DNA from: Pelagomonas calceolata
Lineage: Eukaryota
Assembly (NCBI GenBank): GCA_918797485.1
Contig: CAKKNE010000001.1
Span: 2,356,001 to 2,420,000 of the forward strand
DNA: 64,000 nt
Direction of reading: 5' to 3'
This document shows, one piece after another, positions 20,129-31,528 of this stretch (the stretch's first letter is position 1; each line of letters opens with the position of its first letter). The translations under genes and the position numbers were made by a program. A model generated the notes under the pieces. The model was not told the DNA's origin and searched no databases. It was given only the letters and a program-made list of their open reading frames with translations.

Positions 20129-20938
20129 ATGCATCGCCTGCCGCCCGACGTGCTAAACGTAGTCACCCAATTGCTCGGCGTGAAGGAGTTGGGTCGCTGC
20201 TCGCGAGCGTCGCGCATTTTGGCGACGGCTGCTGTGTTCGGTTTCGAGGCGCGCGCGCAGGAACGAGGGCCTGGTCTGGTTCTGCACGCGAGGCATGCGC
20301 AGCGGCAATGGGGTGGGGAGCCGGACTGGCGAAAGCTGTGCCGCAAAGCCATGTCTTTAAATCGTCGTCGGCTGCGTCCGCCCGCGCCGCGGCGGCTCAA
20401 GTCAGTCGATCCGACAAAGGCCATCAGGCAAGCCAACCAAAGGTACATGTTTACTCTCGAAGCTTTCGACGGCCACCCCAGAGCTCGGGGCACGACCTGT
20501 CTGTTGGCGAACCGCTGTGTACTCGCCATCTTCGTCCAGTCGCCGCTCGGAGAGCAAGTAAGCGTCGACTGTGGTTTCCCTGATTCACTCCAGCGAGACC
20601 GAATTGCTTTCATGCGCGTGCTGATCAGCCGCGGGGCAGACAGGCTGGCGAAGACGGCCGTACTCTACAGCGGGGCAGCCACGGGAGAGGAGACGAGCGC
20701 CGGGGCGAGATGGTTCGAGTGCTACAAGCCGCCGTGGATCGATCTCGACGACGGCGCCGACGAATCGGACGTCGAAGATGTCGTTGGGAACGGCGTGGAG
20801 GCTTTGGTGTGGCGAAGTATGCTCGGGCCCGGGTGCGGCGTATATTTCAAGAAGCGCATGAACCAGGACGGCGGCGATACCTTCATGCCCCTCAACGAGG
20901 TCCTCTTCCGCCTCGAGCACCTCCTCGTCTTCGACTAA
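20129..20938 (+). CDS. F-box-like protein
   Basis: N-terminal LPPDVLNVVTQLLGVKELGRCSRASR fits an F-box pattern. Confidence 0.6.
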   Translation: MHRLPPDVLNVVTQLLGVKELGRCSRASRILATAAVFGFEARAQERGPGLVLHARHAQRQWGGEPDWRKLCRKAMSLNRRRLRPPAPRRLKSVDPTKAIRQANQRYMFTLEAFDGHPRARGTTCLLANRCVLAIFVQSPLGEQVSVDCGFPDSLQRDRIAFMRVLISRGADRLAKTAVLYSGAATGEETSAGARWFECYKPPWIDLDDGADESDVEDVVGNGVEALVWRSMLGPGCGVYFKKRMNQDGGDTFMPLNEVLFRLEHLLVFD

Positions 20939-20955
20939 GATCACACTACTAATTA

Positions 20956-23900
20956 TTAGGCCTTCTTCTTGAACGCCCCGAGCCCCCGCGCCCCTTTCAA
21001 GATCGCGGACAGCTTCGGCGGCTTCTTCATGTCCTCCTCGACGGACGGCCGCCGCGCTTCCGCGGCCTTTTCTTCTTTTTGCTTTCTATCCAATTCCGCA
21101 GCTAATTTAGCCCGTCGTCGCTTCTCAGCACCAGAAGGATATTCATAAGCCACCCTCTCAAAGAGTTGGATGCACGCCTCGTACGGCTCCATGTCCACGT
21201 TCTCGCTCTCCGAGAACCGGTCGCCGACGCGCATCAACGCTTCAATCCAGTGCACCCAGTCCAATTTGCGGTGCGGCGCGTGTTCATCATGGAGCTCGTC
21301 ATCTGGTGTACGAGTAGCCCGCAAGAAACAAAGGTTGACATCCCTTTCGGTAAACCCGACGGTAGGGTCCACGAAATGCAGCGACTCGCACATGTCCTGC
21401 CACTCGCCGAAGGAACACATCTTGTGCTTCGACAAGGCATCTTCCCGCCCGCTATGCGTCTTGAAGGCTCTTTTCAAATTGTCCATGTCATGCTTGATGG
21501 CGTCCTCGACGTCTTCGCGCCACACTCTGGAATGGAAGTCTTCTTGCTCCTCCCTTGTCGGTACTAATGGAGCTACCCTCTCAACTAACTTTTGAGCCGC
21601 TTCTAACGGCGTAGCTACCTCCTTCGTCCTAAACCATTTAATGAGAGCGAGCTTCATGCACGCATCGAGGAACTGGAACCGACACAGACTTTTCTTCGGA
21701 TTCAGGTGCGGGTTCTTCGGGCCCGTCGTGCAGCAGCCGAAGAAGACCATGTCCGCGTCCGCCTTGCGTTTCACCTCGAGGTCTGCCGATACGGTGAAGT
21801 CCGTGAAGTCGTTCCACCCCAGCGTGAAGATCGCCTTGTTGTTCGAACAAAATAACTTGTAGACCGACAGAAATTCCCCGTAGTTCGCCTTCATGAGTGC
21901 TTTCGTCGAGCCATCGTCGTTGACCAGCTTGTCGCAGTGCGCCAGTTCCCAGTCCTTCTCGAAGGGGTGCTCGTAGGCGCCTTCATACGCCGGGGCAAAC
22001 AACGACTTCTGCCAGGTCCAGGCTTCCTTCGGTTTTTGTTTTACTACGACCGCTTGTTTCTCGGGAATAGGCACGAACTGGACGTCGTCCCAGTCGCCGG
22101 GCGGGACGGTATGCACATTCGTAATCAAACCTTCGTCCTCGTCCTTGTTATCGAAGGCTCCGGCCCACAATGCGGCTTCTAGATTTTTCTTATGTAGTAC
22201 TTCTCGCCCAGCATCGGAGGCGGCCTCGGTAACAGTAGAAGAACCAGCGGACAGCTCGAAGGTGTACTGCCGATCGCCCGGCGGCACGAGCAGCCAGACC
22301 TGATGTGATTTTTTTATTTTTTCACAGACGTGCGGTTTCCAGTCGTCAAAAGCACATCTACATGCTACTTTCACATCGGACCTCTGCACAAGTTTCCTCG
22401 ACGCAGGCTGCACGTCGGAATCGGACCTACCGGGCGTCCACGCAAATCTAATCTCGTGCCACCTCTCACAGATCCAGCAATGTTTACTACGTTGCCACTC
22501 TAGGGATTGCGGGACGTCTTTGGTCCCTATGATACGCGTATAGAGGTACTGGTCGTCGTCTACCTCGTCGTCGTTGTTGACCAAGAAAGGTGATGGAGCC
22601 GTCTCGACGGTGATGGCGTCTCCTAAGCTATTGGACTCCTTGCTGTCTCTATCATCGGCCATGTTCAAATGGTCGCGACCCCGCTCCAGCAGCTTGCCCT
22701 GCCTTCCAGCAGCTTGGAGTTGCTCCGCGAGGTTGTTCTCGCCGGCGAACATGGCCTCCCTTCGTCTTTTGGCGTTGACGTATGACAAGCGCTCGTCGAG
22801 GACGTCTTTGACTTTATTGCCGCCCAAGTGCAGACCGGCCAAGGTTCTCGATGCTCTAGCACCACTCTCTAGTCTTCGCAGATCAACCTTGGACATGCCG
22901 TTGAAACTTAGGTTCACGTGCCAGAGCTTTGGAGCTTCGCCCAATGATTGAGACAGTAATGCAATGCAGTCATCCTCCAGGGGAGGGTCATTACCGCGCA
23001 CGCAGTTCCAGGACAGGTCGCAGCGCTGGATTCTTGATTGGAGTAACCCTCGCGCGACGGCCGCCGCGCCCGCGCCGTGTAATCCCGTCCACGCCAGATC
23101 TAGCAAACGCAGCATGGGGAAGGCGCCATATGGCCCGAGGAGACCGCCCAACGTCTCCGCGGCGACGCCTAGGTCGTTCTTGGCCAAATGCAATTCCACG
23201 AGATTCCGCATCGCCCTTCGTCCCTCGACGCGATGGGCCCACTCGGACGTTATGGTCAGTGCCGGTGCGGAGGCTAACCCACAGTGCGACAAGGATAATT
23301 TCTCGAGCGAGTCGCAGCCCTTGCAGTCTAGCAATGCTGCTACTGCTTTCGCGGCTTTTGGCCGTCGACACTGGTTATCAGACATATCAAGTTCTTCTAA
23401 CCGAGTGCAGTGCGCCACGAGAGCGTCACAAACCGCTTTGACACCTTTCGCCTTCAACCGGCAGTTCTTGACGATCACATGAATGGGATCACTACACGCC
23501 ATCGAGTCCATCACCGCACAAGCGTGGTCGTCCCCAATCCTCTGGTCTTTCAGGTCGAGCTCCGGTCGCTTCGCCTTGTGTAGGGACTGAATCAACTGCA
23601 TCATCTTCGGCTCCGGCACCAAATGATATTGATCACATTTCTTGAGGTAGTTCTCTGGAGGGCCGCGCCGCCACCCCTGCACCGACGGGCACCGTTCCGA
23701 CCCAATCACGAAGATCTTCCTTTCTAGGCGTGCGACCGACGCGCCCGGTGCTTGCAATTGTCTCTGGACCTCTGGAGGTGGGGCTTCTCCCCTTGCCGCT
23801 CGTCGCTCCGCGCGCGTGATGCTACCGGCTCTACTGAGTAGAGAGCGCCCTTTGTCCTCGGGGTCGACGTCCTCCCTATCCATGATCGACGCGGAGTTCT

Positions 23901-24837
23901 CCTGCGTTGTATAAATGTGATCTACGGCGTCCGCTCGATGGCGTCGACGGTGTGCGGCGCCTGCTACGTGGCCGACGCGCTTCTGTTGATACTCTCCCAT
24001 CGCCGATCGTCCGCATCTACGTGGCCGATGCGCTTACTCTCCCATCGATGGCGTCTGATCAGGACGCGGGTAAAAAACGGCGAAGGGCCACTGCTGGGGC
24101 GGCAGCTCCGCATCCTCGGGCACCGTCGCCGTCGACGGCCGCGAGCCCCGCGAGCCCTGGCGCGAGCGCGGCGTCCTACTCCGCTTCGACGGCGTCCGTC
24201 GCTTGCCCGCACCGCTGTGCGGCGCGGCCACGACGGTCACGCGCCGCCCTGACCCCGGCGTGCCGCGCGACGGCCGCCGTTGGTGTCGCGAGGGAGGGTC
24301 GTCGTAGACCGAGTAGCGCGGCCGGCCGTGCAGCTGCTTCGTTTTCTGCTCAAAGGCCTCGAAGCGCGCGCCACGCGCCGGGCGCTCGAGGACCTTTGGG
24401 GCTTGTTGTCGAGGCTCCGGCGCGTACCGTAGCAACTGCCGCGTCGCTAATAAGGCGTCCTCGTCGTGCTTGAGCTCTGAGTTCCGAGGGGTTGGGTCCG
24501 CCTCGGTGAGTCGTCGGAGCGCCTCCAGCCGTCGCAACCCAGCTAAGGCCGCGGCGGATTGGGAGGAAGCTAAGACAGGCGAGCCCGAGGCGCCGACCTT
24601 TCTTCTATATCGCCGCGCGGCGCGCGCAGCGTCCCTCTCTATACTTTGATAGACATTCTGCCGCGCCTGCTTTCTTATGACCGAGGGGCTGCTGCCATTG
24701 TAGGCGCGCCGCGCGCGCGCATCGTGCTCCCCCGCCCGGGCGGGCATGGTTGGCTGCCCTTTCGACAGGCTCTCCTGCGGCGCTGATCTGCGCTGCGCTC
24801 CCCGTCGCTGTGGGCCTGTGTCTTCTCGCCGCCGCAC
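20956..24837 (-). CDS. RNI-like LRR protein with CWICE motif, CBM-like and EF-hand-like regions (probable intron ~23902-24111 joining two ORFs)
   Basis: LxxLDLSxN repeats. The ACGCAG acceptor at 23902 is in frame with ENSAS. The donor position is uncertain. Confidence 0.7.
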
Positions 24838-25411
24838 CTATCGATGGTCAGAGCGGTGGGAGCGAGCGGGCGCTGCTGGAGAGTTTCGAGTTTTCGAAAA
24901 CCCGAGAGGCCACGCGATTGGCGCGCCGCGTTTGACCATCGCTCCGCGCGTGGAGCCGCAAGAGATCACTTGGCAGCTCATCGAGGCGTCGATTGCTGTC
25001 AGCATCGGCTCTGCTTGCTCCGTACGAACCAGCGTCCGCCACGGACCTTTGTCGCTGCCAAACCACATGGGTCAGCCTATCTTCGCCGCCGCCGCGACGC
25101 GCGCGCCCACGGCTCTGGCAGCCAACACGCCGGACGCCACGCACCTTCCGTCCGACCGCTGACGATTCTAAACGCGCGCAGGCCCCGACTCGACCGAAGG
25201 CGCGGGATCCGCCGGGAAATTGGCTTTTCCTTGAGGGTGATGAACCAGCGTCCCGCAGCAATAAGCGCCCCGTTTTAAAATGATGACCCAGCGAACCTTC
25301 GTGGCTGGATTGTTGATGCGCGGGGCCAGAGCCACTCGCGTGATAAGGACCCCGCGCGAACTACTGACCGTCGGGATTTCGAAGACGCGTACACACGCAC
25401 AGGTTTTCAAG

Positions 25412-26347
25412 ATGAGGTCTCCCCGCCGCCGCGGCTCCATCTCGAGCCCGGCCGAGCGCGTGCCCATCGTCACGCCCCAGGCCGTCGAGGCCGTGGCGAC
25501 CGCGGCGCAGCCGGCTTTGATGTCCGTCGGCTCGCCGCCGCGGTCCCTGCTCCAGAAGACGCCGGAGCGAAGGCGGCCGTCCGTGTCCTTCGACGCGACG
25601 ATGTCGCCGGAGCCCGCGCGCCGGAGCTCCGTCTCCTTCGACGCGACGTCGCCGACTCGGACGCGGAGCGGCTCGTTTGCCATGCGCACGCCCGTGCGGA
25701 CGCCCGAGCGGCCGAGCCCGACGAGGCCCTGCTACCACCAGGCCGAGTCCTTACTGCTGGGTTCGCTGCGCAAGTCGCTGACCATATCTGAGTCTTCGTA
25801 CCCGCCCAAACGGCGGCGGAACTCGAGTTGCTGCAGCCCCTGGTCCGACGACGACTCCTTTATTGGTGTGACGAGGCCGTCGCCACGTAGATGTTCGGGG
25901 TCGCGCTCGGCGCTGGCGGCCTATTTGGCCTTTGATTCGCCAGAGCCGCCGAAACGCTCTCCATTTAGGGAGCCCCCTTATTTGGATTTGACGGGCCCGG
26001 CGCCGCCGCCGCCGGTATTAGGCACGCCCGTGCGGCCGCGTCCCACGTTGGATGCCTACCGGACGCCGCCGACGCGGCCCCGGCCCGTCGAGGCACCAAT
26101 AGCGCCGCCGGTTTTCGAGCCTCCGTCCGACGACGGAGAATCGAGCGACGACGCGCCGCCGCCGCCTTTGGTTACGGAGCCGATGATGCGCTCGCCGCCG
26201 CGGCCGACGCGGCCGCTCGGGCCCGGCATGGAGCCAGACGCGAGGGAGGCGCTCGTGGCGTTCACCGCGGCAGCGCCGACGACACCGCGCGTCGTGCGGC
26301 CGACGGCGCGGCGGGCCGTGGCCGTGGACCTCTTCGCGAGCGCTTGA
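25412..26347 (+). CDS. Pro/Ser-rich low-complexity hypothetical protein
   Basis: Long ORF with many SP/TP sites and a duplicated SVSFDAT motif. Confidence 0.55.
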   Translation: MRSPRRRGSISSPAERVPIVTPQAVEAVATAAQPALMSVGSPPRSLLQKTPERRRPSVSFDATMSPEPARRSSVSFDATSPTRTRSGSFAMRTPVRTPERPSPTRPCYHQAESLLLGSLRKSLTISESSYPPKRRRNSSCCSPWSDDDSFIGVTRPSPRRCSGSRSALAAYLAFDSPEPPKRSPFREPPYLDLTGPAPPPPVLGTPVRPRPTLDAYRTPPTRPRPVEAPIAPPVFEPPSDDGESSDDAPPPPLVTEPMMRSPPRPTRPLGPGMEPDAREALVAFTAAAPTTPRVVRPTARRAVAVDLFASA

Positions 26348-26481
26348 ACGCGCCGTTTATCTTATGCAAGTAAATTACACATGGATCTTCTTGTGTTATG
26401 GCCTCGGTCACGCCGGCGCCCGCTGTTTGCGTGGATGCCTCCGCGGACAGTTTGCGCACTTCGCGCGCCACTTTTCGACTT

Positions 26482-26506
26482 GCTAGTGTCTTTACAGGCC
26501 GCTAGC
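26482..26506 (+). promoter_or_regulatory. CTAG-bounded motif 1
   Basis: GCTAGTGTCTTTACAGGCCGCTAGC. Confidence 0.6.
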
Positions 26507-26728
26507 GCTCAGACACTCGACGCTCGCGCTTTTTTACGCTGCGTATAGGGTAACAGGGTCTCTCGCGCATTTATTCTGACAGCGCTGCGGCATCCAGCCA
26601 GCGCTAGACGCCGCCGGCTATCAGCCAGGGCCTGCTATCTCCTCTAAGCTGCTGCTGTCCAGCCCGCGCGCGCGACGCGTGCGCCAACCCAGGACAGACA
26701 CAAAGAGCCCCACCGGCTGGACGCAGCG

Positions 26729-27466
26729 ATGGCCGAGGAGCCCCCCTTCAACAGCCAGCCGGGCCGCCTCTGGCTCCTCAAGGTCCCGAAAGCGCTCGAG
26801 GAGCAGTGGGCCAATGCACAACCGGGCGACGACCTTGGAGTAATAGAGGACGACGGCCAGCTAAGGTTGAGACCAAACGCGGGGCCCACGAAAGCTTTCG
26901 AGTTGCAGCGCACCCAGGGCGCCGACGTGCGCGCCTTCCAGGAGGTGGCTCCGCCGCCGAAGAAGCAGAAAACTACTGAGGACGAGGACGAGGACCCGGT
27001 CACGGGGCGCCTTCTAGGGAGGCCGCAGGGCACGCTCGTGCCGCGGCCCGCGGCCGGCACGTCGTATAGACGGGTGTGTCGCGCCCGGATGGTGCAATCT
27101 TTGAAGCCGGAGCGAGCGACGCAGATGGTCGACGCATCCGAGGTGCCTCGAGCCGATAGGGCACCGGTCGTGGCCTTCGGCGGCCGCGGCAAGGGCGAGA
27201 CGGAGCAGCAGGCGAACAAGAAGCGCAAGCAGCTGCCGCGCGCGACGCTGCGGTCGCGGCTCTTCGGCATTTTTGGGGCGTCGGCCGATCCTCTGGCGCT
27301 TAAGGAGATCAACGAGCGGTTGGGCGACGACGCGCAGCCGGACCCGTTCCTGAAGGACGTGCTCTCGGAGCTCGCGACGCACGTGCGCGTGAGCGGCCGC
27401 GTCTGCTACGACCTCAAGGAGGAGTTCAAGGACGCGACGCGGCCGCCGCCGCCGCCGCCCGAGTAG
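26729..27466 (+). CDS. GTF2F2: Transcription factor TFIIF beta subunit (RAP30)-like
   Basis: N-terminal LWLLKVPK...QW and C-terminal winged helix LF..F...LKEI...QP..FLKDVL..L...YDLKEEF. Confidence 0.8.
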   Translation: MAEEPPFNSQPGRLWLLKVPKALEEQWANAQPGDDLGVIEDDGQLRLRPNAGPTKAFELQRTQGADVRAFQEVAPPPKKQKTTEDEDEDPVTGRLLGRPQGTLVPRPAAGTSYRRVCRARMVQSLKPERATQMVDASEVPRADRAPVVAFGGRGKGETEQQANKKRKQLPRATLRSRLFGIFGASADPLALKEINERLGDDAQPDPFLKDVLSELATHVRVSGRVCYDLKEEFKDATRPPPPPPE

Positions 27467-27591
27467 TTATTTGGTGATTTTTAGAGGGGTGTTCGGACGC
27501 CGCGCGTGAGTCGTTGCGCGGCGTCGTCATGGGTGCCCCCGAAGTAGGGCGGGACGGGCGCGGAGGGGTCCTCGCGCGCCGGCGCCTAGCG

Positions 27592-29796
27592 TCAGCCGCC
27601 GCCCTTCTTGTTCTGCTGCTGCTCGCGCATCGCCGCCATCGCCTTCTCGCGGCGGTACGTCGCGAGGTCGCCCGGGTCCTCGCCGCGGTGGCGCATGCCC
27701 TCGCGCTCGGCCCTCTCGCCGACCGTCTCCGCGGCGACGGCCTCCTGCTTGCGGCCGCGCCACTGGACCTGCGCATGGACACGTCGCGTCGATGGCGTGG
27801 GGGTCGTCCGACACCGAAGACGCGCGCTCACGCGCCGGCCCTTCATCCAGGCCGGCAGCTTCTCGGCGGCGCCCTCGGCGACCTCGTCGAGGATCTCCTT
27901 CACGCCGTGGCAGACGCCGACCTGGTCGTCGTACGACGCGTTGAACACGAGGACGTCGCCACCTGTGTAGGAATCAAAACTTGTTCGATCGTGCGGACTC
28001 GTTGCTCTCGACGCTGGCCGCACTTTCAAATTTGAACTCGTGGCAGTGCGGGCACGACGGCCGGTCGACGGAGCCGTGGCGCTCGCACTGGTCGGAGAAG
28101 CAGCACGTGAAAACCTGTGAGTGGCCAATAGATCCCTATGGTCGCCGCAAGGGTTGGTCTAGCGTCCGTGACCGTTGTTTTCTACACCGACGGCACGGCC
28201 GAGTGGCCGACGGACCACAGCGCTACAGCCTGCGAGTTCTGGTCGAAGTGGTTCTTGAACTCGCCCTGCCTTTCGTAGGAGTGGACGAGGAGCTGGCCGT
28301 GGTCGAAGGTTTTCATCTCACGAAAATCCTGCCGGTATTTCCCGGACTGGAAGTCGACGACGCCTGCGCGCGAACACAGTCAAGGAGCGGGAGATCCACG
28401 GACGCAGTGCGAGCACCGCCCGGGTCGAGCACGTCGCCGAGCAGCGCCATCGGCCGGTCGTAGCAGAGCGCCTTCAAATTCTCGACGGCCTTCGGGCGCT
28501 TCGGGCCCATCAGCGGGTGCGTGTTGAGGATTTCGGTATACTTGCTGCGTGGGGGAAAGGGCGTAGAAGTCGCACTCAAGTAGGACTCAAAGGATGAGTT
28601 CGACACCGGCAGCAGTACTTCTCGAACTGTTGATTCTGGCCGACGCGCGCGACGCCCGAGACGCACGCGGCCATCGCAGCGCTCCGCCCGCGGTTCTGCT
28701 CGACCTTGGACCCGAAGCCCGACACTTCCTTGGCCACGGCGTCGAGGATGGAGCGGCCCGAGTCGCCGAGCGGGTCCTTGAAGAGCACGGCGAGGCGGCA
28801 GTTCCCGTTCCCGTCGCTGTCGTGGCGGCCGCCCGGCCCGTTGAAGACGACGACTCGCTTCTCTCGGTCAGCGGCGCCCGAGGCACCAAAGGACTCGGCC
28901 CACCTGCGCAAGCGTCGACCGGTGAGTAGCGTCCACCTCCGCGCCATCTAACGGAATCGAAGGCACCCCAAGATCCACGCCGGGCCGCGCTTCGCGTCGG
29001 TGATGCCCGTCGCGCGCGCGCCGTGCTTGCCGCGGTAGAGCCGGTCCGTGCGGAACTCCTGCACTTCGCGCTCGCGCTGCCGCTTCTTCTCCTCCTTCTC
29101 GCGGCGGTGCTCCGCCTCGCGCTTCAGTCGGCGAGCTTTCGCCTCAGTCGCGTCGAACGCCGGGCGCCGCGGCGCCGACGGCGTCGACGACGACGAGACC
29201 TTCTCGCCCGAGCACTGGTTCGGGCCGATCTGAGCCTTCATCGGGTCGAAGCCGGGCGCCATGGCCGGCGCTCCATCTAGGGCGAGGACGTCGCCCGCCG
29301 CGAGCGGACGGCCGCCCAGCGAGATTGGGGCCGGCGGCGCGGCCTCGAGCCGGGAGTAGAGCGCGAAAGCCGCCGAGCGGTCCGCTAAGGTGAGGGAGCC
29401 GCTGGCGCAGTCGAAGCCGGCGCCGACAAGCGCTGCTACCGTCTCGCCGCGGAGCGACGACGTCTCGACCGTGAACTCGTTGCTCGCGAGCGCGCGGCCG
29501 AGGACGTCCTTCAGTTCGTTTTGCGGCGGGGCCGAGAGCCGCCGCGCCAGGCGTAGGGACGCGTCTTCGGACGGTGGTGCCGCGAGGCTCCGCGCGAGGC
29601 GTAGCGAGCGCTCGTCGACCGGCGCCGGCGCGGCCAGGCGCGCCACGAGCCGCTGCGTCGCCTCGTCGTCGCCTCTCGCGCGGCGGGCCTCGGCGTCGAA
29701 CTGCTCTTGCAATCTCCTCGCCGCGGCCGCACCAGCGGACTCGACCGAGACGTCGTCGTCGCTGTCGGGAACTAGAATCGGAGACTGCTGCGACAT
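27592..29796 (-). CDS. AlkB-like 2OG-Fe(II) dioxygenase with 6 short introns (28904-28978, 28545-28606, 28364-28416, 28115-28196, 27963-28023, 27769-27825)
   Basis: The spliced product has HFD (HxD), SVGHSAVF, ESGDVLVF, CHGV and RVSVQWR. All junctions keep frame. Confidence 0.7.
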
Positions 29797-30061
29797 GGCT
29801 CGCGCCGCGTCGCTGTGCAGGGCTGCTGCAGGTTGGTCTCTGGAATTTTTTTAAACTTGTGGCGCGCGTAGGGCTTGCGCGTTTCAGACCGGCAGCACTG
29901 CGGGTCGTCAACGTCCTCTGAAGCGGTCTTCCGCGGGCTATCGCGCTGCACCTGGCGCCTGCGAGCAGCACAAAGACCGATCGCGCTCACGCAGAGGCAA
30001 AACCTGATTTGCCCGCCGCGACGCGGACGCGAAACGACCAATACATGCAACATTTCGAATT

Positions 30062-31105
30062 TTACCCCTCGCTTGGGCTCGGCAGGCTCGCCGGGTCCAG
30101 CGGCTCGAAGCGCGGCCGCTCCTCGGGCCTCAGGCTCGTCGCACCCGTCCCCGCCGCTCCCTTCTCCACGCCGCCGGACTCCTTCCGCTTCCGACGCTCT
30201 CCCGCGCGCGCCGCCGCCGTCTCCGCGAGCACGTCGAAGAAGCTCCTATCCACCTCTTCTTTTTTCTTCGCGATGCAGGCCGACGAGAGCGTATCCAGCG
30301 CGGGCGCGCGCGCGGCGCCCGGCGCCTCGGGGTCGCCCGGCTGGACGCGCTCGTAGAGCTCGTGCGCGTCGGGCGGCGCGGGCGCCGGCGCCGGTGCCGG
30401 CGCGGGCGGAGCGGCTGGTCGCGCGGGCGCGGGCGCCGGCGCCGCGGCGAGCACGCGCAGCTGCGCCATCTCGGCCTCGAGCTCGGCGGCCTCCTCGGCC
30501 GACTGGGGCCCGGTGAGCTCCTCCCAGGGCGGCGGCGGCGGCGGCGGCGCCGCCGCCGCCGCGCCCGGCGAGTCCGGCGCCGGCGGCAGCAGCCGCATCT
30601 TGTCGAAGGGCTTCTTCTTCGCCGCCGGCCGCTTCGTATCAAAAAAGCCGCCCTTCCAGGCCTTCGACTCGAGGCCCTTCGGCCGTTTCGAGGGCGGTGC
30701 GCCGGCCTTGCGCCGCGCCGCCTCCGCTGCCGCCAGCTCGCGCTCCGTGTCGTCGACGGCCACGCCCGCGGCGTAGAGCGCGCTCTCTTCATCTAAGTAG
30801 CGCAGCATCTCGCGCGCCTCCTTGTCGTCTGCGGCGCTCGCCGGCCCGCCCGGCGCCGCCTCCGCGAAGACCCGGTCGTCCTCCGCCGCGAGCCCGAGCT
30901 TGGACGTGAGCGCCGTCCGCATAGCGGCCTCGACATATGCTTTTTCGGGTTTTGTTGGGTCGTCGAACGGGCCCTCGCGCGGCCAGTCGGCCGGCGGATC
31001 GGCGAGGCTGTCGTGCGGCTCCGCGCCGCCGCCGCCCGCGGCTTGCGTCGGCGCGGCTTGCGTTGGCGCAGTGGTTTCCGCGCGCTCGCTTGCGGGAACC
31101 TCCAT
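30062..31105 (-). CDS. Ala/Pro-rich hypothetical protein
   Basis: Long ORF from MEVPASE with coding-like codon usage. Confidence 0.55.
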   Translation of the reverse strand: MEVPASERAETTAPTQAAPTQAAGGGGAEPHDSLADPPADWPREGPFDDPTKPEKAYVEAAMRTALTSKLGLAAEDDRVFAEAAPGGPASAADDKEAREMLRYLDEESALYAAGVAVDDTERELAAAEAARRKAGAPPSKRPKGLESKAWKGGFFDTKRPAAKKKPFDKMRLLPPAPDSPGAAAAAPPPPPPPWEELTGPQSAEEAAELEAEMAQLRVLAAAPAPAPARPAAPPAPAPAPAPAPPDAHELYERVQPGDPEAPGAARAPALDTLSSACIAKKKEEVDRSFFDVLAETAAARAGERRKRKESGGVEKGAAGTGATSLRPEERPRFEPLDPASLPSPSEG

Positions 31106-31187
31106 GGCTCTGCTGCGAGATGCTTGCTCGACGCGCTGCCAGCGCTTTAGCGTTCGAACGGACGTGTGTCCAGGGTCGCTCGCTGCC

Positions 31188-31325
31188 TTGCAAGCTGTTG
31201 GGGCACGGATGCGGCTATTTTTGCGCGCGCTCGTTGCAAGCTGTTGGGGCACGGATGCGGCTATTTTTGCGCGCGCTCGTTGCAAGCTGTTGGGGCACGG
31301 ATGCGGCTATTTTTGCGCGCGCTCG
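31188..31325. repeat. 46-bp perfect tandem repeat x3
   Basis: TTGCAAGCTGTTGGGGCACGGATGCGGCTATTTTTGCGCGCGCTCG at 31188, 31234 and 31280. Confidence 0.95.
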
Positions 31326-31528
31326 CGCAGGGTGAAAAAACCCGTTTTGACGAATTGTTGGAGCGCCTCGCCCGGGGCCTCGAGGAGCGGCTGGCGGGAA
31401 CCGATGGGCGTATTAAGTTGTTTTCCCCAGACTCGACAGCGCACGCATCGCCCCCCCCCGGTACGCCGTCGCCGCGATTTAAGGACAGAGGCTTCTTACG
31501 CCGAGAGGTGGGGGGAAACAGGGCACGC

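Noticed and set aside
31188..31325. CRISPR array
   Set aside because: The units are contiguous with no spacers, the context is eukaryotic, and there are no cas genes.
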